NCBI GenBank assembly: GCA_024704765.1
Contig: JAKMXF010000255.1
Location: 310,001-374,000 of the forward strand
Direction: 5' to 3'
Source: Oopsacas minuta
Taxonomy: Eukaryota > Animalia > Porifera
Length of the DNA stretch: 64,000 nt
Shown here: one piece after another, positions 12,380-23,962 of the stretch
How positions within the stretch are numbered: the first letter of the stretch is position 1
Layout of the letters: every line of letters starts with the position of its first letter
Program-made: the position numbers and the translations under genes
The notes under the pieces: model-generated
Database searches by the model: none
What the model saw: only the letters and a program-made list of their open reading frames with translations
Told to the model about the DNA's origin: nothing

Positions 12380-13642
12380 TTATGTATTTTCTGGTGTCCA
12401 CTGTCCGAATAAAGCTTCATCAGCTGAATTATCGAAATTAGGATAGAAATCAATCTCTATTACGTCATCAAACCCTTCCTGTTTGGTTGGAGCTTCAAAA
12501 TATTTATCATAGATACGGTAAGCGACAAGTGGAATGCGTCTAACCTCGCCCTGTGTTTGATTCTGTCTAAAGAAGTTGAGATGAGACGCAATTTCTGGCG
12601 AAGTTTTGAAGTAGAAACATCTAACTGGTATTTTCTTCGTTTTTGCCATTTCAATATAAACAGCTCTATCTACTACCTTAGGATTAGTATTATCAATGGA
12701 TACACTCTTTCCTTCATCGATAGCTTTCTGAGCTTCTTTCTGACATTTAGCAGGGGTTAATAGTGTATCTCTATTAATTCGGATATAACCTTCAGGCACT
12801 AAATAACGCTTAGTGAAGGTAGATTTACCAGACGCAGGTCTACCTACCATGATTACCATCTCTTGTGTAGTTGTGGGATGTTCCGCGAAATTCGGTATAT
12901 TCTTTCCGTTAAAATTAGCTATCAGCTGAGTGGGGTCTAAAGTACGCCAATCGAACACAGTACACTTTTCAGATAAGAAAAACTCCTCTGGAGTGTAGAA
13001 ATTGACTCCTATATTAACCCCGAACTTACGATCGTCACAAGAGAAATCTTTAACCTTCCCAGGGCTCCAATCCTTAGCTCTCCCTGCAGCATCTCCACAG
13101 AAGAATGACTTACTAAGATCTACCTTTATTCCCCCATTAAACTTTTCCACGATTAAATTCCATATTGCAGAGTTAGGTTTACGATAATGATTGTATCCAG
13201 TGAGTATATATACTTGTACGGGAGCTCCAATCTCATCTATCATACGACAGAATTTGTGTTTCAGCTCACTTATGTCAGTCCTACCCTTCTCTATACCGCC
13301 CTGATTTGTTATAAACACTAATTTAATTCCTTCATCGAAAAGAGATTTCAGTTTCTTAGGAACTTCTTCATAAAGGAAAACCCAGTCATCTTTATTCGCA
13401 CTGAATTTCTTACCAGATTTAGGCTTTACTATTGTATGATCTATATCGAAAGCAGCTATCTTATCAGATGGCATACAATCTGGTCCATCTAAATACACAA
13501 TAGGTTTAACCCCCTTAGTAAGAGCATCTCCATACTCACGCCATTGCATGTCAAACTTGAAATCTCCTCCACTCGCCCCTTCAACTTTCTTGCGAGACTT
13601 AGTAGCTGCGCCACCTTGTGTAGTTTTACCTCGTTTAGACAT
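12380..13642 (-). CDS. PNKP: Bifunctional polynucleotide 3'-phosphatase/5'-kinase, intronless, no FHA domain
   Basis: HAD motif AFDIDHTIV, RKP, GDAAGR, DFSCDDRKF; P-loop GRPASGKST; IDNTNP. Confidence 0.93.
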   Translation of the reverse strand: MSKRGKTTQGGAATKSRKKVEGASGGDFKFDMQWREYGDALTKGVKPIVYLDGPDCMPSDKIAAFDIDHTIVKPKSGKKFSANKDDWVFLYEEVPKKLKSLFDEGIKLVFITNQGGIEKGRTDISELKHKFCRMIDEIGAPVQVYILTGYNHYRKPNSAIWNLIVEKFNGGIKVDLSKSFFCGDAAGRAKDWSPGKVKDFSCDDRKFGVNIGVNFYTPEEFFLSEKCTVFDWRTLDPTQLIANFNGKNIPNFAEHPTTTQEMVIMVGRPASGKSTFTKRYLVPEGYIRINRDTLLTPAKCQKEAQKAIDEGKSVSIDNTNPKVVDRAVYIEMAKTKKIPVRCFYFKTSPEIASHLNFFRQNQTQGEVRRIPLVAYRIYDKYFEAPTKQEGFDDVIEIDFYPNFDNSADEALFGQWTPENT

Positions 13643-14104
13643 TATAATGCTCAATGAGTACTGAACAACCTTTTTCCTATTTATATCATCTAATTATTGT
13701 ATGTAATATTATCTCATTGAGTGATTAATAAGCTCTGATACTTAAAATAGTACTGTTAGTTACTAAAATTAGATCATAAATATTAATATTAAACATGGCA
13801 GTATTTGGTTACTAATTAAAATAGAGATATTAAATGGAGCTTCCTTTATTTAATTAAATATAACTGAGTAGACCCAGTAATGTCTTAAGAAAACGGTTAT
13901 TAAACAGCCCAGTTTTCTTGTGTGCAAACTCTCCGATTTAAATATCAGAGCTTACGAGTAATACCCAACGGGTCTAATACTTTAATCATTTACTGGCTCT
14001 GCGCGATTACCACAAATTCGTCCGTTTTCGATAAATAGCAATGCATTACATCACACTCAAACTAATCATTAAGATCGCAAAAAAGACAAATATTAGTTCA
14101 GACA

Positions 14105-15010
14105 TTAGTTAGGTGTAGCACCGGTATCCTCTACTTCTTCAGACTCAAATAGTAGCTTACTGTAATGAGGATTATACGGAGCTCCGCCAGTAGTAGTAGC
14201 AGCTGTCTCTAATCCCTCCAAAGCGTAGGTCTGTATATCGTTAAATTTCGCGTCAGGAAGACTCTGTATTTTAAAGAGATAAGCCCTGCTCCCATCTGTG
14301 TTTTTAGAGATTGTTACTTGAATATAAATCTTCATATATTCCCCCATTTTAAGTTTCATATTAATCTCTTTCTGCTTGTCAGAAAATGCATTATTAGGAA
14401 TCTCCATTGATATAATCTTACCGAAATAATTACATACACCGCTAGAAATACACACAATTCCACCATCTTTCCTACGTTTTGTCATTTTAGTAACTTCCTT
14501 AGCGAAAACTTCTTCACTGCAAAACTTAAGATTTCCATTCACAGCATCTTCTATTTCTAACCAATTTTTTTGTGGATATTTGATGATTATTTCTTGATGT
14601 TTTTTGCAAAATTCGAGAAATCGTAAACGGAAACGAAGATCTTTGTTCTTGGAATCAACTTTCAATCCCTGGTCGAAAGTTCGTGTGGCTTCTTCTAATG
14701 AATTCAGATATATTTCTGACATTGCTTTCCAGAAATAGCCACGTACATATGTTGTATCTATTTCTATACATTTAGATGCACATTCCTTACAATCTCCATA
14801 GTTACCAAGTTTGGAATGAGCTATAGCCATGTTTGTGTAGACAGAGAGAGCGAGTTTAGGTGATATATCAAGTTGTGTAGCTTTTGTATAGGTTTCAATA
14901 GCAAATCTATAGTTACCGGCTTTAAATTGTCTATCTGCGTCTATTCTCAGTTCTTTCCCTTGCTTCTCTACTTCCCCCAGCTGTTCTTTAGTGGACACAG
15001 CTTCCGCCAT
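14105..15010 (-). CDS. TPR-repeat protein with an unrecognised C-terminal region, intronless
   Basis: About three TPR-like units (ADRQFKAGNYRFAIETYTKA; VYTNMAIAHSKLGNY; GYFWKAMSEIYL..FDQGLKVDSKN). Confidence 0.75.
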   Translation of the reverse strand: MAEAVSTKEQLGEVEKQGKELRIDADRQFKAGNYRFAIETYTKATQLDISPKLALSVYTNMAIAHSKLGNYGDCKECASKCIEIDTTYVRGYFWKAMSEIYLNSLEEATRTFDQGLKVDSKNKDLRFRLRFLEFCKKHQEIIIKYPQKNWLEIEDAVNGNLKFCSEEVFAKEVTKMTKRRKDGGIVCISSGVCNYFGKIISMEIPNNAFSDKQKEINMKLKMGEYMKIYIQVTISKNTDGSRAYLFKIQSLPDAKFNDIQTYALEGLETAATTTGGAPYNPHYSKLLFESEEVEDTGATPN

Positions 15011-15314
15011 TTGAAACAACACCTATTTATTGTTTGATATATGATAAATTGAATAAGATAACGTCCAGTTATTATTCAGGGAAATCCCGGGAAAAATTAG
15101 TGAGAGGGGTTGGTAAGCATCCAGTGTATGCATGTAAACGATCAAAGTATTTTCAAATATTAATATGATTCAACTAAAATAACAACAATATTAAGAAATA
15201 CAAATTAATATTTAATTGATCAAAAATGAGAAAACGCATTTAGTTAGTAGAAATTAACACAATTCTTTCCTTTTATTACTTTTGGTGCATTTCCATACCA
15301 TCTATATATATTTA

Positions 15315-18158
15315 TTAGTCAATTGATATTTGCGAATCTTTACTTTTCCAATCTTTGGTGGAATCATTGCTTGGTGAGGACATTCTCAGAGGAGCTGAAA
15401 ATGTGGGTCGGCTGGTTTTTGATAAAAGTCCTATCCATTTCTTCGCTTCTACTTCAGTATCAGCATGTAGATTATAAGTACGAGTTAATGGGTGATACAA
15501 ACAGAAGGAATATTTCTTCTTGATTTCGTTATCAATATCTACTGCATATTTGGGTATGTAAATCTTCCCGAGAGCGTAAAAATCAAAGGAAGATTTATAA
15601 TAGTATAGATTATCGCCTTTTAGGACAAACCAACGTTTCCTCCAGTTCTTAGGTGTAAGTCCAGAACCTCCCTGTTTTGTTAGCCAGCCTGCACAGTCTG
15701 GGTTACGAATAGTACTGCAAGGAATCTTTAATTCTTCTGGAACATTCTCGAATAAAATCGTGTCTAGCGTTTCATTTATTTCCGAGATTAATTCTACTTC
15801 TACTTCTCCATTACATGTCATTCTCTGGACAAATCTGCCTTGTAATCGAGGAGAGTTTGCTCTCTCAGGACTCAAAATGTCTGAGTTAGTAATCGAAGCT
15901 GTCTGCTTCGGTTTTAAATGATGTTCTGAATATCCATTGTGTGTTTGGGGGAATTCCTGTACTGTTTGGAAAGACTCTAGAGAATGAGATACATGAAAAT
16001 TGTTTGTATTGTTAGCTTTGAGGTTTTTAATTTTCTTCTGTCTCTGAGTTTGTTTCTCCTTCATTTTAGCATCATCATATACTCTAGCAGGAAACTTATG
16101 AACTGTTCCGTTTATTATTTTAATTTGATAACTCTCTGTTAATGAGGGCTCTTTAGGTTTCTGTAGCATGCCATCAGCTGTTAGATCCTTACTAGATCTA
16201 CGGAAACTAATTGATTTCCATAATCTGCCTCGCGGTTTCTTAGGAGCTGAATTTTTCTTTTCTTGCTCGGACTTTATTGGCATTCTAGTGACCACACCCC
16301 CGATAATAAGAGTTCTATAAGCCTGTGGAGTAGGCTGACGAGTAGGAGAATCTATGGTCAAATCAGGGACCTCGTTTTCATCAGCATACCCTGCCCCACT
16401 AAACTTTCGTCTAGTCCTACTCTCACTATAAACTCTCTTCCTAGTCTCTTGTGGTAAGCTCAAACGACGAGTAAAAGGTGGTGGAGTACGGAAATCATTT
16501 ATATCTGTGTTATTACGTAGTATTGCAGTGCTATTTGAATAATAAGTAGAATCTGAGTGTACTACGATAGATTGCAAATTGTTCAAAGAACATGATCTGT
16601 TATGTATTGCTGAAAATACATCTATATCTTCTCCAGAATAGTTTAAAACAGGATTGGACAAACTTGATTTTAATGTGAGTGATAGACTACTCTGATTCTC
16701 ACTGAATAGACATATGATAGATGTTAACCCCCAGGCTACTATCATCTGATCTCTAACTCGTATGACCTCATCTCCTACGTTTATTAGTTTTGACCTGAGA
16801 GAATAATTAAATAATTAATGACGCTGTAATAATACACTCAGCCATTACAGGACTAGGCCATTTTAGCCAGAATAAGTGTACTTATGCTATGGCCCCCGAT
16901 TGAAGATATTTAACCATATTTGTACATTACCTACTTTGATTTAAGCAGGTTCGTGTTTCGATATAACCGTGTTCGATTTAAGAGTATTGTATATTTATTC
17001 TACTCACTTTGCTGCTGGAGAGTTTGGTACAACTTCTGATACCCTTATCTTCCCATCTCTATAAGTCTTCAAGTTGAAACCGAGCTTAGAACCAGGGATT
17101 GGTATTAGAGGGATAACAAAGTAAGTAGATTTGTAGTTAGAGAGAGGAGGGTGATGGAAACTATTGAATAGTATAGCTAATGTATCAGATAATGCTGAAC
17201 AAGCTTTCAGAGCACTAGTAACTCTATCACGTGTATCTATACTCTCAGTAGATAGGAGATTCAATAGCATCTTAGCATCTGAGAGGAGTTTTGATTTATT
17301 TTCTTTCCAGGAACTGACGTAGCTCTCAGTTTGTTCAGGCGGTATATCAGATTGTTTGCATTGTTCTATCACACAAATAAGATTGTGTATATCTTCTAAG
17401 ACTGAGAAGATTGATTCAAATACTTCAACTGAGAGGTTAGGAGGAGCTATCTCATCAGTTTCTAAGGGATGGGAGATATCAGAACATTCTAGACCTAAAG
17501 TGATAAATAGAAATAACAAACAATAAATTGCTGTATATTATCTTATAATTATAATAATGATCAACATGCATTGTAACGTATAATGGAGTTTGCGGTTATT
17601 AGCATAGCAAATCGAATTTCCTTGCTCATATGCGAGAGCGCTATTATGCAAACAATCAATCATGTCATAATGTACAGTGATGTTCGCTTATTAACAAATT
17701 AGTGCAAAACTCGACTTGCTTATACGCGAACTTCACTGTACTTCATATCCACCAAAAAGTTATTTAGAGATTATCTAACCTTCACACAAATACTGCATAA
17801 GTACACTAATATGTACAGACAGTGATTTACTGATTACGAGTATACTCTCATTGCCAACGCCTGTTATATTTCGCATCAATTCCAACGCCAGTAGGATAAT
17901 CTCTTGATGAGATATGTTGCTAATTCCTAGAGCAAACAGTCTATCCACACCTATATGTAATAACTCATCGCCTGTAATCTTTTGAAGATAGAATTCAGAA
18001 GCAATTGAATGAAATTCAGCTCCAAGTCCCAGGATCCAATTCCTGACCTGAGCGGGAGACCAATCTTGAATATCTCTCCGAGGGTTGTATACAAGAGGCA
18101 CATGACATCTGGATTTTAGAGGGGAGGGACAATTGATTCCATTATAATAATTCGACAT
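15315..18158 (-). CDS. CNKSR: Connector enhancer of KSR (CNK)-like scaffold (SAM, CRIC-like, PDZ, PH); exons 18158-17780, 17494-17008, 16794-15315
   Basis: SAM WSPAQVRNWILGL..ITGDELL; PDZ LGFNLKTYRDGKIRVSEVVPNSPAAK|SKLINVGDEVIRV; PH CAGWLTKQGG..KNWRKRWFVLKGDNLYYY. Confidence 0.85.
17673..17740. mobile_element. MITE family C, CNK intron 1
   Basis: TACAGTGATGTTCGC ... GCGAACTTCACTGTA. Confidence 0.65.
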
Positions 18159-19670
18159 ATTTGTTTCTAGACTCTATAATTACAATCTAAATTCGCTAAA
18201 GACAGACCAGCACTTAAATAGCACAAGAATTGGGATAACTTATATTAGCTAGTACAGTTCAATTCCCGAAAATGTAGACACACTTTAAGTCACAGGTATA
18301 TTCCAATTGAAAGTACAAATAAATCACCAAGAAAATATTCTATTTATATCATGGGAATACTCAGATTATGGGATTAGTGGTTAGAAGAGAATAGTTAATT
18401 TTACCGGGGGAACGTATATTGGCTTCAAAGACTATAAGTGTGTTTATTAACTGCCATGATAGGAGTACGTGTATTAAAAGCCAACGGATAAATGTTCTAT
18501 GGAACTCTTTCTTGTAAGGAAACTTGTATGTTCGCTTACGCTTATGTTTTGATTTGATTTGATTAGTTAATTATTGAATTACTTATTGTAGATGTAACTG
18601 GAGAATATACTGTATACTCCACCACTTAATGGGGTTACAACGGGGCCAGGACATTTTGAATCGGTTAGGCGGAATAAATGTGTTGCCCAGATTAATCGGA
18701 GTTGTTTATATGGTGCCTGATTATGTACCAGGTCTTGTAGTTAAGCAGTTACTAATTTTACAATTCTGGTAGGTAAAAGCCTATGAAATATTTTCTCACT
18801 TTATCTGGTAAATAACCTATTTTCTATGATTATTTAACATTGGGTAACATTTAAATGTGCATACTTAGATGATATCAACATTAGTAAAGTTTTGTTCAAA
18901 ATTCCATATTTAGTCCCTATAGAAGCTATGAATCCCAACATTTCAATGTAACTAGGATACTAGGGAATAGTAAGTTAGAAATTTATAATGTATAATCTAG
19001 AACTACGCTGTATACGTGATCTCTTGTTTCCCATACGTTGTTAGAATAGTTATGCGAATTCGGAAATTCGTATTCAGCATACTTTGTTACCACATTGTAG
19101 CCGTTAAGAGTAAGTCTCGACGAAGAATTAAAGATTTCAACTATTTGTTTACTTTATGTTCATAAAAACAACAATAAATTTACATTTGAGAAACTTGTAG
19201 ATGTTTTGAAACGTTTCAAAATGATGCTAGAATTTTCGTTTCAACTGCGAGTTAGGGGTAACCGATTATATAATTTCGAATTATATGACATTTCCAGATA
19301 TAGCTATATCTACACGATCTATCATATGATTAATAATATTTTCACACCTTTTGCTCAATACATAAGAAACATGACCCACATTCCCGAGCTGCACCACCAG
19401 TCTGCCTGTTGAGCATTTTGAAATAAAGTTAATTTTGAATGCACAATATAATTGTTAGTTAGCTATATTCACGATGTACACAATTAGCTATATCTCGGCT
19501 GAAAGTGTGTTGATAAGGATTTTGTTCAAAATTTCTTTGAATTGTATTCAAAAGAGTTCGATAAAATACACTGAGTGAATGAAAGGAATTAAACTCAAAA
19601 ATTAGCAAGCATTAGAACGAACAAATACATTAAAGTGTATGCATGCACGTGTTGAGAAATACAAGTCAGG

Positions 19671-22124
19671 TTACAGATCAAAGTCCATAATAACTAGTCG
19701 AGTCTCTTCAGTGCCGTGTCTACTACCCACGGCTGCTACCAGTCGCTTCTGATCTGCGAAAATTCTCCAAACAACTCCACCTGATCCCTGACTCTTCAAT
19801 TGTATTAAATTCCTAACGAACTCACCGGTTGTTAAGTCCCATAGCTTAACAGTGCCATCATCAGATGATGTCACTATAAATGGATCTACCAGCTGCACAC
19901 ACGTAACAGCACTCTTATGCATATCTTTGCCTTGTAATCCTAGTTTTAGTTCACCCCTTCCTGTATCCCAAATCTTGACAGTACTATCTGCATTACCTGA
20001 CACTAGTATCTTGTCTCTTAGAGACATGCTACTGGTAAGACTCCTGTGACCCACCAAGTCATGAAGCAGGTTTCCTGTTCTTACATCCCATACCTAAATA
20101 TTAAATTCAATATTCAGAGGTCCAATTATAGTGTATTAATGGTAGGGTGAATTGTCCTGAGACATAATTTTCGGTAAGAGGGCATCTTTCCTACATTTTT
20201 TACAATTTTGAGTATATAAATGGACTTATAGTTTTCAAGATAAATTTATATATCATATTGAGTTTCTGTATTCATTGATTCCGTTCTAATCCTGACAGTA
20301 TATTAATCAACCCACCTTTATAATAGTATCAAGAGATCCTGATATAATATGCTCCCCGTCAAACTCTAGAGAATACACTCTGTTTGCATGTCCCTGTAGA
20401 GTATGTAAGCACTCAGCTGATTTAGGAGACCACACTTTAACAGTCCAATCATATCCTCCACTAACTACAAACTCTCCATTGTACTTTACACATCTTACTG
20501 CAGCAGTATGTCCGTTTAGCACGTGGACGCATTTTCCTAGAAAGTATTTAATTAACAAGTATTGGGAAACCTCGTTAATATGAATACGGTTAATACGAAT
20601 TTACGGAAAATACGAACTAATATTTACAAGTTCCAATAACGGTTATTCTATTGATATTACTCTGGTTAATAGGAAATTCGATAAAGCGAACAAATTTTGA
20701 CGGTCCGCTGGTGTTGGTATTAACGACTGTATATCTCTTAAAATGTTTCAAATCAAATTCTTACCTGATTTTACATTCCAAATTCTAATAGAAGAATCCC
20801 TAGACCCTGACACTACAGTATTCCCGCATAGACTAACGCATCTAACGGTTGAAGTATGACCTTCTAGCACATGAACACAATTCCCATTTCTAGCATCCCA
20901 CACCCTCAAATTCCTATCAGTACTCCCTGACACCACGATACTGCCATCGAATTCTGAGCACCATACACCTCCTGTATGTCCGTTAAGTATATGTACACAT
21001 TTGAGAGAGGAGATTGACCATAGTTTCAGAGTGTTGTCATCAGATCCACTCACTATAAGGTCCTTCTTAACCTGTAGGCAGGTTATAACACTATCATCGT
21101 GTCCCTTAAGGATCTTAGGCGGTTTATCAGAGTTCCTCCAGTTATTCTGAATAGATTTCTTAGCAAGAAACAGCTGTTTAAATTTATTCTGAGGTCCAAA
21201 GTGTGAACTGTAATTACATACATTAAATAATGTATTTTCAATTCTAAACGAATATTCATTGAAAAGTTAGAATATTCAAGCAATTCTGTCTAGAAAACTA
21301 ATATTTGTAATTACAAATATGTGATTTGATAGGAGAAATAATCATAACACAATACCTGAGCTTACTTGTTGAAGATATAACTTTCCTCAAAGCATTTGAG
21401 TCTGTAATAGCTTCGTATTGAGAGAGATAATTACATTTATTTTTCCATAACAAGAGATCACTACACATAATGTACCATTGTCTAGATGTTAAAGATATTA
21501 TTAATAAATCTTCTGGAGCTAAATAGGAGAGGATCTTGAGAGATAATTCTCTAGGGAGATTAGTAATAAAGTCTCTACATAACTGAGGATTAATGAGTTC
21601 TACGAGTTCTAGTATTCGTACTGGTTGACACCTAGAGGAATAGTATATCATAAACGTTAAAGCTTTCGGAATAATTAAGAAAATTACCTAGGTACTAGCA
21701 TACTAAGTGCTAAAGATTGTTTAGAGTTTGAAAACTGTTCGAATGAACGAACCCAATCTTCTACCTCAGGTATAATCTTTATTTCTTCTCTAGTCACTAC
21801 CAATTCTGTTTTAGCCTCAATAACTGGTATAAATGTTCTCTTATCCTCCCGTCTCTTCTTAGCTCTACCAAGCTGGGAGGGAGTATCTGTACCCCTACAT
21901 GTGTCTCGTCTCTTTGATCGTGCAGGTTTAATACAAGGACTAAGTATCGGCGTAGATATACAGCATGGTGTTGTAGGACATTCTAGCTTTATATCAATAT
22001 CATTACAAGATATTAATGATGTATCAGACGCTTGTTTAGAAAGATCAGCAAGTTCTTGCCTCAGTTGTCTGTTCTTGAAACGTTCACTTCGAGGAGAAAT
22101 AAACTCGGTAGATTTTGCTTTCAT
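19671..22124 (-). CDS. FBXW7: F-box/WD40 protein 7-like; exons 22124-21688, 21631-21356, 21207-20765, 20536-20316, 20093-19671
   Basis: [20 protein letters not shown]-box; [12 protein letters not shown]; GHTGGVW; GHTSTVRC; [25 protein letters not shown]-terminus. Confidence 0.93.
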
Positions 22125-22328
22125 TTTGTAAATATAGAGATTCTGGTTGCAATTACAATAAATAGCTATAATCTAAATTCGTGAAAATATTAAGTATCTA
22201 TATTTCAAGCTAAAGAAAACCTCGAAGTATTCAATGCTCTGTTAAGTATCAATAAGAAAGCATTCTCCTCCTCCATCAGTTATAGGTATTAATTTTCTCA
22301 TTCAAATCTTTAAATATATTCACAATTT

Positions 22329-23258
22329 TTACGATTTATCATTACTCAATTCAAGCAGTTCCTGCCTCCAATCAGCTGCCAACATTAATCTCCTAATACT
22401 CTCAATAATATCTGCTTTTAAGATATAATCATTATCTCTATCTCTTTTCATGTAAGAAAATGGGTAGACGAGATCTCTGTTAATTAACACCCGTGGAACA
22501 TGTTCTGCAGGAGAATGCACTAATCCTCCAAACGGCTGAACTATTAGAGAAGTTCCTGCAACCAGTAACAAATCACATTCGCTAAAATCCTCAGGTTGAA
22601 GTGTGAAAAACCGCGATGGAAGATTCTCTCCAAACATTACAATATCCGGCTTGACATATCCTTGACATAATTTCTGTTCACATACAATAGGGAATTGATC
22701 ACTTAATATTTTACCCTTAACAATCTCAATATCATGAGCCTGACCACAATAAGAACATGAAGCTGAACTGAACCCTCCATGTGCCTCTATTACTCTTTCC
22801 GGACTAAGGCCAGCTAATAATTCTAACCCATCAATATTCTGTGTGTATACTCGTAGAAGAATATTTTTATCTTCAAGTAACTTCAGAAATTTGTGTGCTA
22901 AACAAGGCATATGCTTCCCAGGATAAATATCTTTACAGAATTGGTAAAACGGAGTTGGATTTTGTAGAAAATAGTTCAGTTCAAAAATCGCCTCGGGATA
23001 TGGTAGATTATACTTCTGGAGATTATCATAAATGCCTGAACCAGGAGTTCTAAAGTCAGGTATACCAGATGCAGTGCTGAGACCAGCACCAACGAGACAA
23101 ACAATCTTCTTATATCTGAGTTCTCCCAATCGTTTCAATATTTGTAAGAGGGTTGTAGGAACATTATCATGAGTGTGCTTATTATTGAACTGTTGATTTG
23201 TGTAGACAAGGTCTCGTATGTATAAATTATGTTTTAAATATTTTAGAATTCTAATCAT
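22329..23258 (-). CDS. SIRT3: Class I sirtuin, SIRT3/SIRT2-like, intronless; preferred start 23258 (an upstream in-frame ATG lies at 23360)
   Basis: GAGLSTASGIPDFRTPGSG, LPYPEAIF, TQNIDGLE, AHG, two CxxC-type Zn pairs, KPDIVMFGE, GTSL. Confidence 0.85.
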   Translation of the reverse strand: MIRILKYLKHNLYIRDLVYTNQQFNNKHTHDNVPTTLLQILKRLGELRYKKIVCLVGAGLSTASGIPDFRTPGSGIYDNLQKYNLPYPEAIFELNYFLQNPTPFYQFCKDIYPGKHMPCLAHKFLKLLEDKNILLRVYTQNIDGLELLAGLSPERVIEAHGGFSSASCSYCGQAHDIEIVKGKILSDQFPIVCEQKLCQGYVKPDIVMFGENLPSRFFTLQPEDFSECDLLLVAGTSLIVQPFGGLVHSPAEHVPRVLINRDLVYPFSYMKRDRDNDYILKADIIESIRRLMLAADWRQELLELSNDKS

Positions 23259-23962
23259 ACTAAAGTTCATAATTATAATTATTAGAGATAGTATCTCTCC
23301 TAAAATTGTTAGAATTCTACAAAGAACAGATTTTGGGAATTTGCTTCCCTCTTGGGCCATTATCAGCCTTTGCTAACTGCCGCACTGGGATATTCCTAGA
23401 AGCAAAAATTATTGAAGAAATGCCTCAAGTAACTTACGAACCTTTGCAAGAGATAATAGCAAACTCTAAAATACAAAATGAACGAACACTTAGCTGAAAC
23501 AAATATACACAAATATATAAGCTATTGTGTTGTGAGTATGCTCGATGTGAATGATCACAATTTGTTGACAAAGTCTGTGAGAAAATAAGAAACTAAATAA
23601 GTGCGAATAAGGTGAGTAAGAGAAAGGAAATACGCGCTGAGTTTATGATAAATTCATGATATAGTGACTCTGAAATAGTGATCCTATATGAAAATAGAAT
23701 TATGAAGGCTCCCGTAAGTATAAAGAATCTCAACCAATTTTGTTATAATATCAGTGGACAAATTAAAATCAAGGAATACTAGCAAAAGGACTAAATACCA
23801 AGGTTGAAACCGATCGAACTGAATATCAGTATCCATGAATAGTTGCTTAACCGAATACTGAAATTCGCTTGGTAACCAAATATGAACTATTCGGTTGCAA
23901 CCTTGCTAAATAGTAAATACCAATAATATATAATTGTTTACTTTTAGACATAGTATAACAAA

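Noticed and set aside
23306-23497. Plus-strand 63-aa ORF upstream of the sirtuin
   Set aside because: It has a TTG start, no recognisable motif and no convincing splice partners.
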